From Asterias rubens (lineage: Eukaryota): a stretch of 64,000 bases of DNA. The notes under the pieces are model-generated. The model did not search any database, was not told where the DNA came from, and saw only the letters and a program-made list of their open reading frames with translations. The translations under genes and the position numbers were made by a program. Below, piece after piece: positions 13,161 through 26,538 of the stretch. The first letter of the stretch is position 1; the number at the start of each line of letters is the position of its first letter. The stretch spans positions 8,618,001 through 8,682,000 of the forward strand of contig NC_047070.1 in the NCBI RefSeq assembly GCF_902459465.1. Reading direction: 5' to 3'.

Positions 13161-14247
13161 GGGCCAACGAACTAGTGCAATTGCAGAATGTGATACTGTG
13201 ATCTAGGCCAACTGAGATCCCAACATAGTTGGGACGCTCAAACTTAAACACTCCAGTTGGGACCAGTCCAAACTATATTTGGGGCGATTTTTAAGTTGGG
13301 GTGGAAAATTCCCATTTCTGCTTCAATCAAGTTAATTATGACATTTGCAGCTCAAGGCATACTTTTGCCCACGACTCTACACCACAGGAATATCTAAATG
13401 AACGTGGTTTAAGTTCGGAAGCTGACCCATTAATCAATTTATAGTTTTAACATTTTGAAAAATTAGCTAGCCCAAAGTGGCAGCAATAACGACGCGACAA
13501 TGACTGAAACCAGCTGATGATGTGTTTTAAGATGTTTGAGCCAATTAACACACATTTCGAGTTTTGGAAGGACATGCAAATGCATGGATTCGTTGGCATG
13601 GTGCATCAAATGATATGGAGCTTGATTTTAATTAAATTCTGCTTTAACAGACATTCATCATGTATCAATTCACATTGTGATGAATGTGTACTACGAACAA
13701 CTGTCCCCCTTTATTTATTTTTATTGTTTTATGCGCCTGTAAAACCGTGGGTCAGGGACAATTTGCACAGCTCAGGGCCTCAGTTATTACAAAATTAAAT
13801 TCATGTTCAAGGTTTGCTTATTAGAATTTAGATGTAGGAGTAGGCCTGTGTTAATTAAAAGATGCATCTGCCACCCTTGAACAACTAGTTTATTAGAAAA
13901 CAGGTTTTGCATTTCAACATGATTACAAATCAATTATTATTCACATCATCAACATACATGCTGTCACTGTCAACTCAACATCAATCATCAATGTCAAGCC
14001 AAAGAAACCTGAATGACTGAACTGAATGATTGATAATGATAAACAAGTAAAGACTCTAAATTAAACACGAATATACACACAAGACAAAGCAATCTTTTCG
14101 AAAATCAATTGCAGAGCTACTGTTGGGAAATGTGACATTGACGTGTACAAATTTAAGGCTGAGAAAGTTTGTGGCCAAAAAAGTAAAGTGTGAAATTTAC
14201 AAAATGATAGTTTAACACGTAAAGTTAATGGTGTGAAATATACTCAC

Positions 14248-14279
14248 AGCGTACGCTGTACCGTGTCCGCAGTCATTTC
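14248..14279 (-). CDS. TIA1: TIA1/TIAR-like, exon 2 (EMTADTVQRT-L)
   Basis: tttctttgcag acceptor and CT|GTGAGT donor. Joins the next exon to give RTLYVGNL, the start of TIA1/TIAR RRM1. Confidence 0.9.
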
Positions 14280-14370
14280 CTGCAAAGAAAAATAAATAAC
14301 CAAAATAATTACCTCAATTTAATACCGACAGGGTGTGCTCAATTGTGCTTCAAAAAAGAGAGGAATTTAC

Positions 14371-14421
14371 CTGAGGATAGTTGTACTGCGGGTACTGTTG
14401 TGCATTCTGGTACGACTCCAT
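14371..14421 (-). CDS. TIA1: TIA1/TIAR-like, coding exon 1 (MESYQNAQQYPQYNYPQ)
   Basis: ATG in gcaATGG context. 17 codons end at CAG|GTAAAT; a 91-nt intron leads in frame (phase 0) into exon 2. Confidence 0.7.
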
Positions 14422-15350
14422 TGCTGCGATGTCGTCGTGGATTACTGTGCGACTGCGCAAAGCGAGGCAACGTGGGTAATTTGGCAAGATGGCATCAGCT
14501 GGCGGTCGCTGGTTCGCGCGGTATAGTTTAATCGTTGTGTATTAGGAAACAATGAGATCGATGACTAGAAACGAGTGCCAGTGAGAGGGTTGCACATGGC
14601 GGTGTGTGTGTGTGTATTGTGTGTGCATATAAAAAACGAGAGTTCGAATGTAACAACACCGGTCGGTGTCACCGGTGCGGGCGGGCGCAGAGTTTCACCC
14701 GCTGGCTTTTGAGTGTTTGGACGGTACGGTTCGATGACCCTATTCCACCATGATTCTACACAAAGCCCTTGGTTATTGCTTGACCGTCTACACACACACA
14801 TCGATTTAGTTTATTACCCATTCAGAAAAGAATAACGGGAGACCGTTTGTAACAAAAACATTTCCGTTGTCTTTTCTCGACCCCCATACGGACGTACGTG
14901 GACCAAGATAAATGAACCAAGGTCGGGGTCGAGTGAAGGGGGGGGGGGGGGAGGCGGGTATACGTTGAACTGGTCTTGTGGTCTTTGGCAATGATGGTCG
15001 GTTTGACAGAAAAAAAATATTGTGAAGGTTACTCGGTGGTCAAGATTGTAGTAGTTGTACATGGGAGAAGTTCTGACGAGAAAAGTATAATTGTAAACTG
15101 ATGAGTAGCCGAAAATAAAGCCAACAGGAAAACGACAAACAATTGAATGTCGCCCTCTCTTGACAGCCTTTTTGCTTTCAAGTACTTTCGCGTATTATCT
15201 TCCTCCGTGATATTTGTACCATTGTACTATGATTTAATTTATTATCCAAACCAACATCGGACGAAAATTCACGGTAGGTCTTCATGTGCGAGACGCTAAC
15301 AAAAAGTAAACACCCCCCCCCCCCCCCCCCCAAGTGGACGGCAAACTCTA

Positions 15351-15504
15351 TGGGTGCGTTCGTTTAGCTTCCCTGGGTCGACCCCGGTGTGTGGCGGGGT
15401 TTTTGTCCAGGACGAACGTGGGTAATTATCTGCACACGTTCGTCCTGGGGAAAAAAACTGCCACACACCGGGGTCGACCCAGGGAAGCTAAACGAACGCA
15501 CCCA
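15351..15504. mobile_element. MITE family E (TGGGTGCGTTCG termini)
   Basis: Inverted repeat of about 45 bp; longer relative at 32902-33152. Confidence 0.8.
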
Positions 15505-16592
15505 ATAATGATTGTCAAACCGAAGAGTACGTATCGAGCACGCTTTAATCTTTCGTACACTGACACACAAGCCATGGTACAAACTTCTCCTGATGGCGCC
15601 CTCTTTTGAATCATCATTCCTCATGTCCATGTTTTTCCCAATGGGAAGGGGGGGGGGGGGGTTACCGTGGTTTATTCTAGCTCTTACTCGGGGTACCAAC
15701 GCGTGAGGACTACGACATAGGCTCCTCGTGCCTTGTTATAGACATTGGTCACAAAACATACAAAACTGAACTATCTCATGTTGTTAAAATAAGTTTCTAT
15801 AAAAGTGCTAGGAAATAGTATAGGAAATAGTATAGGGCCTTTTATTGAAAGCGGGAAGTGCTTGTACAGGATGGAAGAAATCCGCTCCTCGTGGGTGGGT
15901 GGGGCGGGCTTGAACCTTCTAGTCTTCTCTTCAGACGTGCATCGACAAGCTTTCCATGTAAGGGAATGCTTCCTGGTCTACCTTGCCCCTTTAATCTCGA
16001 AGTCTCCGCCGCCTACTCACTCGCACGCAACACTCGGCCTCGACGTTGTCCCCCATCTCACTCAGTAGACTTGGTTCCAAGTCTGCGATCGTGGTTTTGA
16101 TAGCCAATACATTATTGCCTGAAATATCGCCCTCCTGTAGATAACCCCAGTCATTAGCCTTACGATCACAGTTGGGGCGCATTATAAGATATTTTGTGCG
16201 TTTTTGTGTGTGGCTGATGCGGAGGAATAACCGCGATCTCAGACTTGAAATCAAGTCTGATCAGTCAGTTACTTCCCATCATCGTACTGGCTATCATTTT
16301 GTTCTAGTCTTTCATACCAGGATGGCAAAACATTGACAGCAGGGATCTGCATCAAGAGTTTTTTTTTACAAACGTTGGGTTGACTGAATTTTTTATTGCT
16401 AAACATGCGGTTGCAATTCTGCATTATTTATAGTACACAGAAGATTATTAAAGGTAGAATCATAGAATGTTTTACGAAGAGGCTTTCCTCCCATTCCAGA
16501 GCCAAAAAATATCAATTCAGCCTAAATGTATCAACTCCTAAGTTGAAGCAGAGCCCAAAAGGTTGTGAAGCGTTGTTGTAATTACCAGTCGA

Positions 16593-16975
16593 TTAAAGAC
16601 ACTGGACACTATTGGTTATTGTCAAAGACTAGTCTTCACAGTTGGTGTATCTCAACATATGCATAAAATAACAAAGCTGTGAAAACTTGAGCTCAATCGG
16701 TCGTCAAAGTTGCGAGATAATAATGAAGGAAAAACACCCTTGTCACACGAAGTTTTGTGTGCTTTCAGATGCTTGATTTCGAGACCTCAAATTGTAAATC
16801 TGAGGTCTCTAAATCAAATTCTTTGAAAAAAAAATTCTTTCTCGAAAACTACGTCACTTCAGAGGGAGCTGTTTCTCACAATATTTCTATCAACATCTCC
16901 CCATTATTCGTTACAAAGAAAGTTTTATGCTATTCATTATTTTGAGTAATAACCAATGGTGTCCACTGCCTTTAA
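16593..16975. mobile_element. MITE family A, orientation A
   Basis: Same TIRs, TTAA at both ends. Confidence 0.85.
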
Positions 16976-17376
16976 TTGTAGAAAAAAAGTTCTCATTCAA
17001 AAGATTTTGAGTGGCTATAAATTATGATAATCAGCTTGGCGCATGAGTTTATGCCTATTTAGTGCAGTTGACTTCTGCACAAACACAACAACGAAAGTGC
17101 TACATTTAGTTGTTCAGACGTAGGTCTACTACTACATACATGGGTAGCCTTGCGATTTAATTTGATAGTTATGATTGGAAATTGTGTATACGGTGTTCCA
17201 CGTATATACTGACATTCGTGCGGCGACCGTGCGTCCTTTGTTAAAGATTGGCAGTTTTTAAATAATTATTCTTAATCCAAGAGCAATAGCTTAATTGAAT
17301 GATAGCAATATTCCTATCATTAAGAAAACAACATACACAGTGATAAGGTTCGACCCAGCTAACTAAGAGTAGCCGC

Positions 17377-17748
17377 TTAAAGGCACGTATGGACACGCTT
17401 GGTAAGTCAAAGACCAATATTCTCTCATCATGTTGGTGTATCTCAACACATGCAAAAAATACCAAGCCTGTGAAAGTTTGGGCTCAATATTGGTCATCGA
17501 AGTTGCAAGACAGTTATGAAAGAAAAACACCCTTGTTGTACAAATTTGTGTGCGCTCAGGTTTAGAAATAAACGGCTTCAGCTGAAGTCTTATTTTAGTG
17601 AGAAAGTATACCTCTTTCTCAAAAACTATACGTTACTTCAGAGGGAGTCGTTTCTCACAATGTGATCAACAGCTCTCCGTTGCTCAATACCAATTAAGTT
17701 TGTATGCTTGTTTATTGAGTTATTACTAATAGTGTCCAGTGCCTTTAA
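17377..17748. mobile_element. MITE family A (diverged subfamily)
   Basis: TTAAAGGCAC...GTGTCCAGTGCCTTTAA. Confidence 0.75.
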
Positions 17749-17992
17749 ACGCAGACGTGCCATTGGACACGACGTCAGTATACGCCCCGCATACATCAGA
17801 ACATGTTGGAATGTGATTCCCTCTTCCATTGACTAAACACCGAGCAGACTTTGACTGAATGGAGTCAAGAGCCACGAGTCAGCATTATTATTATTATTTT
17901 CTCCATCTGCATTTCCCCTCTCGACGGTCTGGTATTTGTAGGGGCTGGGCATCGCAAGAGTATTGCATTTCGACATTTCTCTCTCTGCTGGT

Positions 17993-18030
17993 TATAAATC
18001 CGCGGGAGGTTGAGTAGTCACGCGGAGCTG
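17993..18030 (+). promoter_or_regulatory. TATA box and possible initiator upstream of the sHSP gene
   Basis: TATAAAT at 17993, TCA about 35 nt downstream. A good acceptor (cttttgacag, ending 18383) 42 nt before the ATG suggests a 5'UTR intron. Confidence 0.45.
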
Positions 18031-18425
18031 CCAAGTGATTTCTAATACAGAGGACTTCTTAGCAACATCGGGCGGGGCAAGACGGGAGCACATACCGCGG
18101 GGTCTGGTGTTTGATTACCGGGCTGCTGACTTTTTGAAGTTTGATAAAAGCAGTTGCATCCCTCCTCCTCCGCACTGCATACTTAACGTTCACATCAAGA
18201 GATGGTGTAGACAGTGACGCAAATCATCGCAGTAATGCTCCTATGAGATTTTTGAGTGTGCCGTGCTTGCTGTGTACCAGTCGTATAGGCCTATGTGGAG
18301 ATGCAACACACTACGAGCCTCATCATCAACACAGGAACGTACACACTGATTTAGTTCTGGATACATGCTGTAGCTTTTGACAGTAGCTGTCGTCGAAACA
18401 CCAAAGGGGCAAATCTAGTGCAGCC

Positions 18426-19223
18426 ATGGCTGGAATGAACATTGAGATCAAGATTCCTTTATCCCATCCCCGTGTTGAGTACAGTATTTCGGGCGGTGGT
18501 GACAGAGCTTCGATTCCCATTATTGTCTCATCTAATTTACCCGTCTCTGCTTCGCACCAGCAACCGATGATCAAACGGCAGATTTACTCCAGCACCGCTG
18601 GCCCACAACAGACCACCGTGACATCAGCGACCCAGCGGACATCATCTGGCCGCCGTGTGGAGGTGAACGTCCAGCCCACTGCACCGACCACACCCACCCT
18701 ATACCAAGGCTACTATGTGACATCACCGGTGACGGTCAGCAACTCGTCGCCCTTCGAGTCGCAGGTGCAAAAACCGGTCATCACGACGAAGCTCGTGAGC
18801 CCACCACCGCTGGAAGCACCGGAGCCGGCCCGCCAGAGTAGCCGGGTCGAATGTGACGAGCATCGGTTCATGGTGACCCTGGATGTGAGCCAGTATCGTC
18901 CGGAGGATATTGAAGTCAAAGTGAAGGACAACAAGTTGACTGTGCACGCCGAGCAGAGAGAGGGCAACACGGCCTCGGGATACGTCCAACGTGAGTACTA
19001 CCGTCAGTACACACTGCCCGAGGATGTCGACATCAGCCTCGTCAAGTGCTCGCTCTCTGAAAGCAGAGTGCTGACCGTGGAGGTACCCCGAGTGCCAGCC
19101 GAGAGCAACCGGGAAAGATTTATCCCAATCACCATCGATGGAAGCAAAATGTCCCCGGGAGGTGGAAAGCGTACGTACTTTGTTGAGGAGATGACGAGTG
19201 ACGCAGACTCGTATCGAAAATGA
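18426..19223 (+). CDS. Small heat shock protein (HSP20/alpha-crystallin domain), 265 aa, intronless CDS
   Basis: Longest ORF in the window, GC-rich, gccATGG context. C-terminal alpha-crystallin domain (FMVTLDVSQYRPEDIEVKVKDNKLTVHAEQRE...REYYRQYTLPEDVD...VLTVEVPR) followed by an IXI motif (FIPIT). Confidence 0.95.
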   Translation: MAGMNIEIKIPLSHPRVEYSISGGGDRASIPIIVSSNLPVSASHQQPMIKRQIYSSTAGPQQTTVTSATQRTSSGRRVEVNVQPTAPTTPTLYQGYYVTSPVTVSNSSPFESQVQKPVITTKLVSPPPLEAPEPARQSSRVECDEHRFMVTLDVSQYRPEDIEVKVKDNKLTVHAEQREGNTASGYVQREYYRQYTLPEDVDISLVKCSLSESRVLTVEVPRVPAESNRERFIPITIDGSKMSPGGGKRTYFVEEMTSDADSYRK

Positions 19224-21271
19224 AAAAAGGATTAATTTGGAATCTTAGGCAACTACTGTGCAGGCAATGAATCAGAATGTAAGCGTGAAACTTTTTGTTT
19301 GTTTTTGTAACTATAAAATACTTTACAGGGTTCAAAAACCAGTTGCCAATCGCAATAGACCGAGAAGTGTGCGCGTATCCGTGACATTTTGGGGACTACT
19401 TTGATCACAGGGCACGATTTCACAAAGCACTAAAGATTAATGATCACCATTTGAATTTTGACATCAAACTTTGCTTAACAATTATTCAGAATGATTCACA
19501 GTATCATAATCTTAACTCTTTATGAAAAATCGGCTACAGGTTCACTGCTTCGACGCATGAATGATACAAACTTGCACTCTTCGGGTCCCGATGTTCAAAC
19601 TATGCGCGAGACTTCCAGTCTATTGCGCCAACATCTTTATCAAACATTATGGCCATATATTACGAGATTTTTAAACTCACAATGAGGGAAATTTAGAACC
19701 AGTTAACAAAAACTAAAGGTTGTTATAAATAATACAATTATGTTAATGGAGTCACATCTCTTTTCAGTCCAGTGCATAATGCCGCCATATTATGTGAACA
19801 TAACGAACTATACAATCTAAACTGTATAGGCCTACACAGACTTAAGCCTGGAAACGCAACCTAAATACGTCATTGAGATATTTGTAGCGTGAATTTGTAC
19901 ATGTCACATTTCTAACATGATCCAAACCCTCAATGCGCAAGATGGGAACTCGACACCGAGACAAAAATGCCGGCCAGCAATACCACCAACCCGTAATGGA
20001 ATGGCATGCTGACCATCAGTGCGGTCCTTAAGCACACAGTCAACCGACTCTCAACCCCTCATCTCCAACTGTCAAATCATCCCGGTCGTGAAATTCCCGT
20101 AAAAGTTCATCATTACGGAGGGCCAACAAGCACGCGGTGCTCGAACTGAATACGCAATTATTCTAGCCGTGAATGAAGAATGTGGATCTCGTCGTGGAAT
20201 ATTTACTCTGTAAGCTTATACAGTGCTTCAGATAACATAGCCAACTAGATCATGGAATGAGTTTTGTGATGGAAGAGCAACACATGTAGCTCCACTTAAA
20301 GCACGTGGAAGAGTCGATACTTCATGAGTTAAGTTTTGTGTACATACACTAAAGAGGTAGAATGTGTTTCTGTGTGCCCATCCGGCACATTAAAGTAAAG
20401 GCGTTTCAATTGACTTCGTCTAAAATAATAATTTCCGTTTCGTGAGGCAAAGCGAGTGTCACAGATCCATGAACAAAAACGAGCATGCACCTTTTGAAAG
20501 GGGATAAATTAAACCCTCGAAAATAAAGCCATCTTTACTTTCAATTCATGACAAGGGACACATGACTGGTAGCGCATGGTTTGGCTCTTGCGATACCATA
20601 AACAAATTCGCATAACATTATGGAAGGTGTCAATCAGTGACTGTGATTTGGGCTCAATAGAACTGCTTAAACATAAATTACTGTTTAACAAATGTCTGCT
20701 TAGCAGAAATGAGCAGGATACCAGTCACAATTTGTATACGTTTGAAATGGTAATTTAACTGGTAACCTTATTCTGGTAAGCATTAACATTTTTATGCTGA
20801 GCTACCTTTCGTGTTTACGATGAAATTGGGCCCAGATCTTACAAAATGAGAATTAGTCACTGTAATGTTCAACACACGGCCATTACATTGGAATGCGATG
20901 TGAAGTTTTGTAGAGTACGACACAATAGAAAGTTCTTTCGTTGAAATGATTAGATAGTAATTCCTTCCTACTTGTGTTATTATTCCTCAGTTAAAATGTT
21001 CATCAAACATAACTAGATTTGGGCTTGGGCTCACGCTAGGGCTCCGTCTGTCTGATTGAAGTCCCGTAGGAAAGCGCGAGTTTTCTAAATAACTTACGGA
21101 GCCTAAAACCAACTCAAGCCCAAGCTATGGTTTCGAAAATCTCCCAGGCTACAGTGTGGTCGTTGTGGTAAGGTTGGCTGTATACTGTTCCCTGTACTGA
21201 CTGTCGTACTGCTAAAGAGCCATACTTTTAACTCCCATACTTCACATGCGCATTTGATCCACAGTGATACC

Positions 21272-21427
21272 GGGATGGATTTCACAAAGAGTTAGGACTA
21301 GTCTTATCTCGAGTTAAGACCAGTTACTAGTCCTAACTTAGGACTATCCATGCAATTTGTATATCTTCTAGGACTATAGTCCTAAGTTATGACTAGTCTT
21401 TGACTAACTCTTTGTGAAATCGACCCC
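21272..21427. mobile_element. MITE family F
   Basis: gatttcacaaagagttaggactagtc...ctctttgtgaaatcgacccc. Confidence 0.75.
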
Positions 21428-21453
21428 AGGTCTACTAGTATTGGGGGACTGGG

Positions 21454-21526
21454 CTGACGTTTCGACCCTAGCAGAGTCAAAGAGTCTTTCTCAAGAAAGA
21501 CTCTGCTTCAAGGGTTGAAATGTCAG
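21454..21526. repeat. Short palindrome resembling Penelope-like element termini
   Basis: ctgacgtttcgaccct.gcagagtc...gactctgc...agggttgaaatgtcag. Confidence 0.4.
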
Positions 21527-24500
21527 GTCATTAACCCTTTCTTTGCATTGATACCAAAGGTGTATTGATGGGTTTAAGCAGTTTACAGAACTTAATTCTA
21601 TTTCCTCTAGCCTATATTCGGTTAAGAATGTTGTGCTCATGGCCCATTAGAAATCCTAGCTTCGTGCACCGAATTCCAAAACATGTCGGTGGGCAGCAGA
21701 GACGAAGCCGAAGTTTCGAGAAGACATTATGTCGGTCAAGCAATTTGCAAAATTAGCCACGGCACGGTGGTGAAAGGCACTGGTTATGCTATGGACAGAA
21801 AGAGTGGTATTCCATGGGTCAAAACTCAATAGGTTTATCACTGAATCAAAGAGAAGTTGTTATACTGTTCAAGGGGCGAGGTTTAATGAAAGTAAAGTGT
21901 GCTATTCTTGTTACCATGTGCTCGATTTCAAAAAGAGATTGAGTGATCTGAGTAGCTACTAAATCTTAATTGCTACATCTAAGCAAGACGTGATGGAGCA
22001 ATACACATTACATGTGATACTGCGACTCATGTTCATTGAAACTTGGTGCTTTGTCAGAGAATCAAATCACCACACAGTGATGCGGGGCCATGTAATGACG
22101 ATGATGGTAATGATGATGATTATGATGGTTGTTGTGCTTTGTGAAATCGAGCCCCTGGCCCAATTTCATAGAGCTGCTTAAGCACAAAAAGTAGCTGAGC
22201 ACAAAATCATTATGCTTACCAGAAAAGGGTTGCCAGCCAAACTACCATGTCACATGTACAATTTGTGGCTGGTGTCCTGCTCATTTCTGCTCATTTCTGT
22301 GAGCTAAAGCAAAAGTTATTTGCATAAAATAATGTTAATAATGTTTTAAAAGGCTGTGCAAAGAAAGGAAAGTAAAGCAGTTGTGAGTATTACAAGAAAA
22401 TCAAGGGGAAACATTTATTTCCTTTTCATTCAGAGGATTCGCATAAATCATGTTCTGTGTTTGTACTCTTGACCAATCTTTGATCGTTGATATTTGTTTT
22501 ATTGCTTAATTGACTTATTTATAGACTAAGTATTGATACAAGAATATTTTTAATGTATAAATAAATATAAATTTCGATATGGAATGAGGATATTACCATT
22601 CACGTCTTACGAAAAGTAATGGTTCCCCTAAATTATAGGCGCCACCGTTAATGCTTATGGTGTTTAATGCATTTTAGTAGTCTAGTTTCCTTTTCAGTCT
22701 GCACAATGCATGTCATCGTTGTGTTTAATTATAAAGCTACCATGCTGGGAAATTTCATCAGCCAATGAAAACACACTTTTGATGTAGCTCAGCTTTAGAA
22801 ATACGTGGACGTTTTTGATTGGCCAATGACGTGTAACTGAAACTATTTATTTATTTATTTCGATGTGAATAATGTACAACGAACAGGAAATAATGAGCAA
22901 AATAATTGTTTGAATTTAACTTATTTGTAGAAATATTGTACTGATATTGATATTAAATAGCTGCAAAATAAATTGTTATTTGCATGACAACAAAAGTTTG
23001 GCGTTGGTGTAAATACAACTTGACATAAATCTTGAATATGTTACAACGATGTTTCTGTAAAACTACACAGTGTTGTATTTCACAGTGTATGTGTAAAATA
23101 ATAATTGTCACGAAACGTGTAAATACATTAAATTTCGTTGGTAGTGTAAGCTTTTTGTGTCTTGATTGTATTGTCTATGTCATCATTATACAAAACTGCG
23201 ATAAAGTAATTATAGTCCAACAATTCTATGAGAAGTCGATTTTCGCAAAAGCAAATTGTTCGTTCATAATAATATAGACTATTCTATAGTTTTCAGTAAA
23301 AACACTGTTATGACAATTGCGTAACAGAGAATCAAAATTATCATCATGATTTTAAGACAAATGGAACAGTTCTTGCACAATTTTTTTTTTATTTTAACAA
23401 CCTTTAGTGTAAATTGTGATTCTTCCTTTGTATAATATGTGAACACCCATGGTGTCTATATAACACCCCAGTTTGTGGCGATGTCTTTCGCCGAAGTGTC
23501 TCTTTAACGCCTATAACTATATATTCTGTATTTTGAAAGATATTTCACCTTCATTTATAACCATTAACTATTATTGTAGTCTCGACAATAATTGACCATT
23601 ACATCGTTCAGTTAACTGGGGTATAAACTGCGAGCGGGCACTCTGAAATAACATTACTTTGACTATAGCCTCTTAGCGGGCACATTATATAGCTATAACC
23701 ATCAACTTGGAATGTTACCCGAGAGGTACGTGAATGACGTGAAAGCCGTGGGCTATTCTACGTTTTTAATGTCAACCATCCTGTGCATTCTTCAGTCTAC
23801 CGAACCCCCTCCATATTCAGACCGATTTAGGTCTTGAAACATCAAACTCATAATTTCATGATGAGTACATACTGTGCATTGCAATGACCATGAATGTATG
23901 TATTGGGCATCAAGCTTTCATAAATAATTATTCCATGAAATGGTAATGTCAGGAACAATGTCAAGAATGGTCTATTGCTAAATGCCATGCACTGCGAGTG
24001 ATTTTGACAATGAAAACCTTTATTGGTTTAGAGGTAAAGGGCGGGCACAGCATTGTTAGACTATGTTCACAGATTTTCAGATAACTTTATATAACTGCAC
24101 ATGGCCATGGTGGAAACTTCCCTTAACAAATGTTTGCCTGAAATGCTAAAGCGGTACGTATTTTCAAAAATGACTGAAGCCCGGCTGAAGCCCGAATTTC
24201 GCTGCAAATGTTTCGCAAGAGTTGCCCAAGCATCAACTCTTCCGAATTGTTCGTTGCGAATCTGTGACGTCAGAATTCGAACAAGCATTCGCATTTGCAG
24301 GAAGTATAATATGAACATGGGCTTTAGTCTATAATCGCTACCATAGCCAAATCTCAACGGATATAAAGAGGAATTTGCTAGCAACATACCACCAAGCAGA
24401 CTTCACACTAGATAACGCTGACCCAATGTCTGGACCAGCACATACTGACTGATAGAGGATTACAATCACTTCACTCCTAAACCCAGACAAAAGTTGTTAA

Positions 24501-26384
24501 CATTTCAGAACGTACACCTATAAGGGGGGAACTATTCAGGTCATCTCGCGAAAACGAAGAAACCTCGTTTTAAGAGTCCGTTGAGATGTCTCAGAAAATG
24601 TCAATTGAATGATGGCCGTACGGATGCTGTCATCATCGCTATAGGCCGTTTAACATGGTGCATAGGGGGGTCATGTGCCATGCTGGATGCTTAAAAGGGT
24701 TTGGGTCTTTTTTTTGTGGGACACAAAACACAACATTTCGACATGTCATTTACATTGGTTTCAAGATAGAAAGCTTCCCTTCAAATATTATTTGCTGAGC
24801 TGTAGTTTTTGAGAATTCAGTAGAACATTTTCACGAATTTTGTTTCCGTCTCACTGAGATGAAAACATCATTTTAGAATGTACAATGGATTTACGCGACT
24901 CTCCAGAAAACATTGCTGTGATTTTCCCTTTTTCTTAAGACTTTACGAAAAAATGTAGCTGAACCATACACATCTTCATTCACGGTAACTAGAGATTTAT
25001 GCCATGGCCAAAAACTTGATCTACAAAAGGTTTCAAAACACTTTAATGACAGTATGTGCTCTTCCACAGCATCCTTCTGATATACAGCCCTTATAAATGT
25101 CTTATAGAGTTTATTATAGTTCTATGAAATGCGGAGAATCTCTGACTATTTATTCAAAGGAATTCGCGCAAAGCGGAGGCACCGAAACTGTGGCTTGTGT
25201 CCAATTATCGAAGCGTAAGCTACATGTTATCCTGCTATAATTAGTGTACCGGTGGGACTAATTTCGTATGTCAATAATTTCTTGAAGTGTAAAGTGTTTT
25301 AGGAATTTTAATTTTTAAACTTGGAAACTTGAAGAAGAAAAAAACCCCGCTTTATACATAAAAAAAAACGTCGTAAGAACAGCGACAACACGTTAAAGAT
25401 TTTCAAAACAAAAACAAAAAAGCCCACAAACCATCGTAAACAACAACATCAACACATCAAAATAAAATCAGCATAACACACCAATAACGACGGATAGGCC
25501 TACATCGTCAGTACCGATATCATCAGCTTTAACAACTAAATCCTATAAGCAAAGAATAAGGAAAAGCAACATCAAAAGTATTTCCACAAGATCATTAATA
25601 TTTCAAATCCGCCTTTCACTGTGTGATGCCTGACCAGCAAGTGATTATCAAAACATGGCATGCGATCATAATTTCTCAACACAATTAGTATGCATTTAAT
25701 TGTTTGTTTTTATTAACGTAGTCCATTCGCATGGAATACGTCTTTTCTATCCTATAAACTTGTTACGTTACATTTTCAACTGGAATATAAACTTGCAGGA
25801 TCAGCATAGATTGAAATTTCATCCGGGAACATAAACCCATAGCTGAAACACAATGCTGTGTAGAATATAGCTACCAAATAAGGCCAGCTGAAATCACCAA
25901 CATGTGAAATCAAATGGCATCCCTGTACCATTAGAATATAAATCACATTACTTGCCCTGTTGGTCCTGCCGTCGCCATGGGACTTTCATCCCACTATCGG
26001 CTCTTGCTCTTCTTCATCTTTTGTCTCGTTGTTGACTATTTTTGGTTTCAACATAAGATGGGAAATTTAGACTCCGCAGTCTAAAACGTAAACAAACTCT
26101 GACTATGTTTAAAGAGTCAAGTTCATAATTTTGCACAAGTCGGAATTTATGGGTGTTGGAATTGTAGAATCAGCTTCTAATTGTGTGGGTTATGTCAGTT
26201 AAATAAATAACCAATGAATGACAATAATTTAGGTAGTTGTTGGCAATGTTTGAATAAATATGCTGTGACTGAGCATGTACAGCATTTACCCATTGTTTTA
26301 GATTACGCTTCATCCGTAAGTGACGTCTAAGATTTGAAAAGAACGCGCGAACTGGATACAACATTATTTTTGTAAACATTCTCA

Positions 26385-26538
26385 ATAGACCTTTTCGCAA
26401 ATACAAATGCGCAAGCGCAGACTGTTGAATGAGGTGCATTGTGGGATAGATATGGATCAAATTTGGATACCAGCTAGACCACAATGCACCTAATTCCAAG
26501 CTTTACGCGCGCGCCCCAGTATTTGCGAAAAGGTCTAT
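26385..26538. mobile_element. MITE family D, second copy
   Basis: Perfect 20-bp TIR atagaccttttcgcaaatac. Confidence 0.8.

Noticed and set aside
17400-18420. Canonical heat-shock element upstream of the sHSP gene
   Set aside because: No three-unit nGAAnnTTCnnGAAn was seen by eye; only isolated GAA/TTC words.
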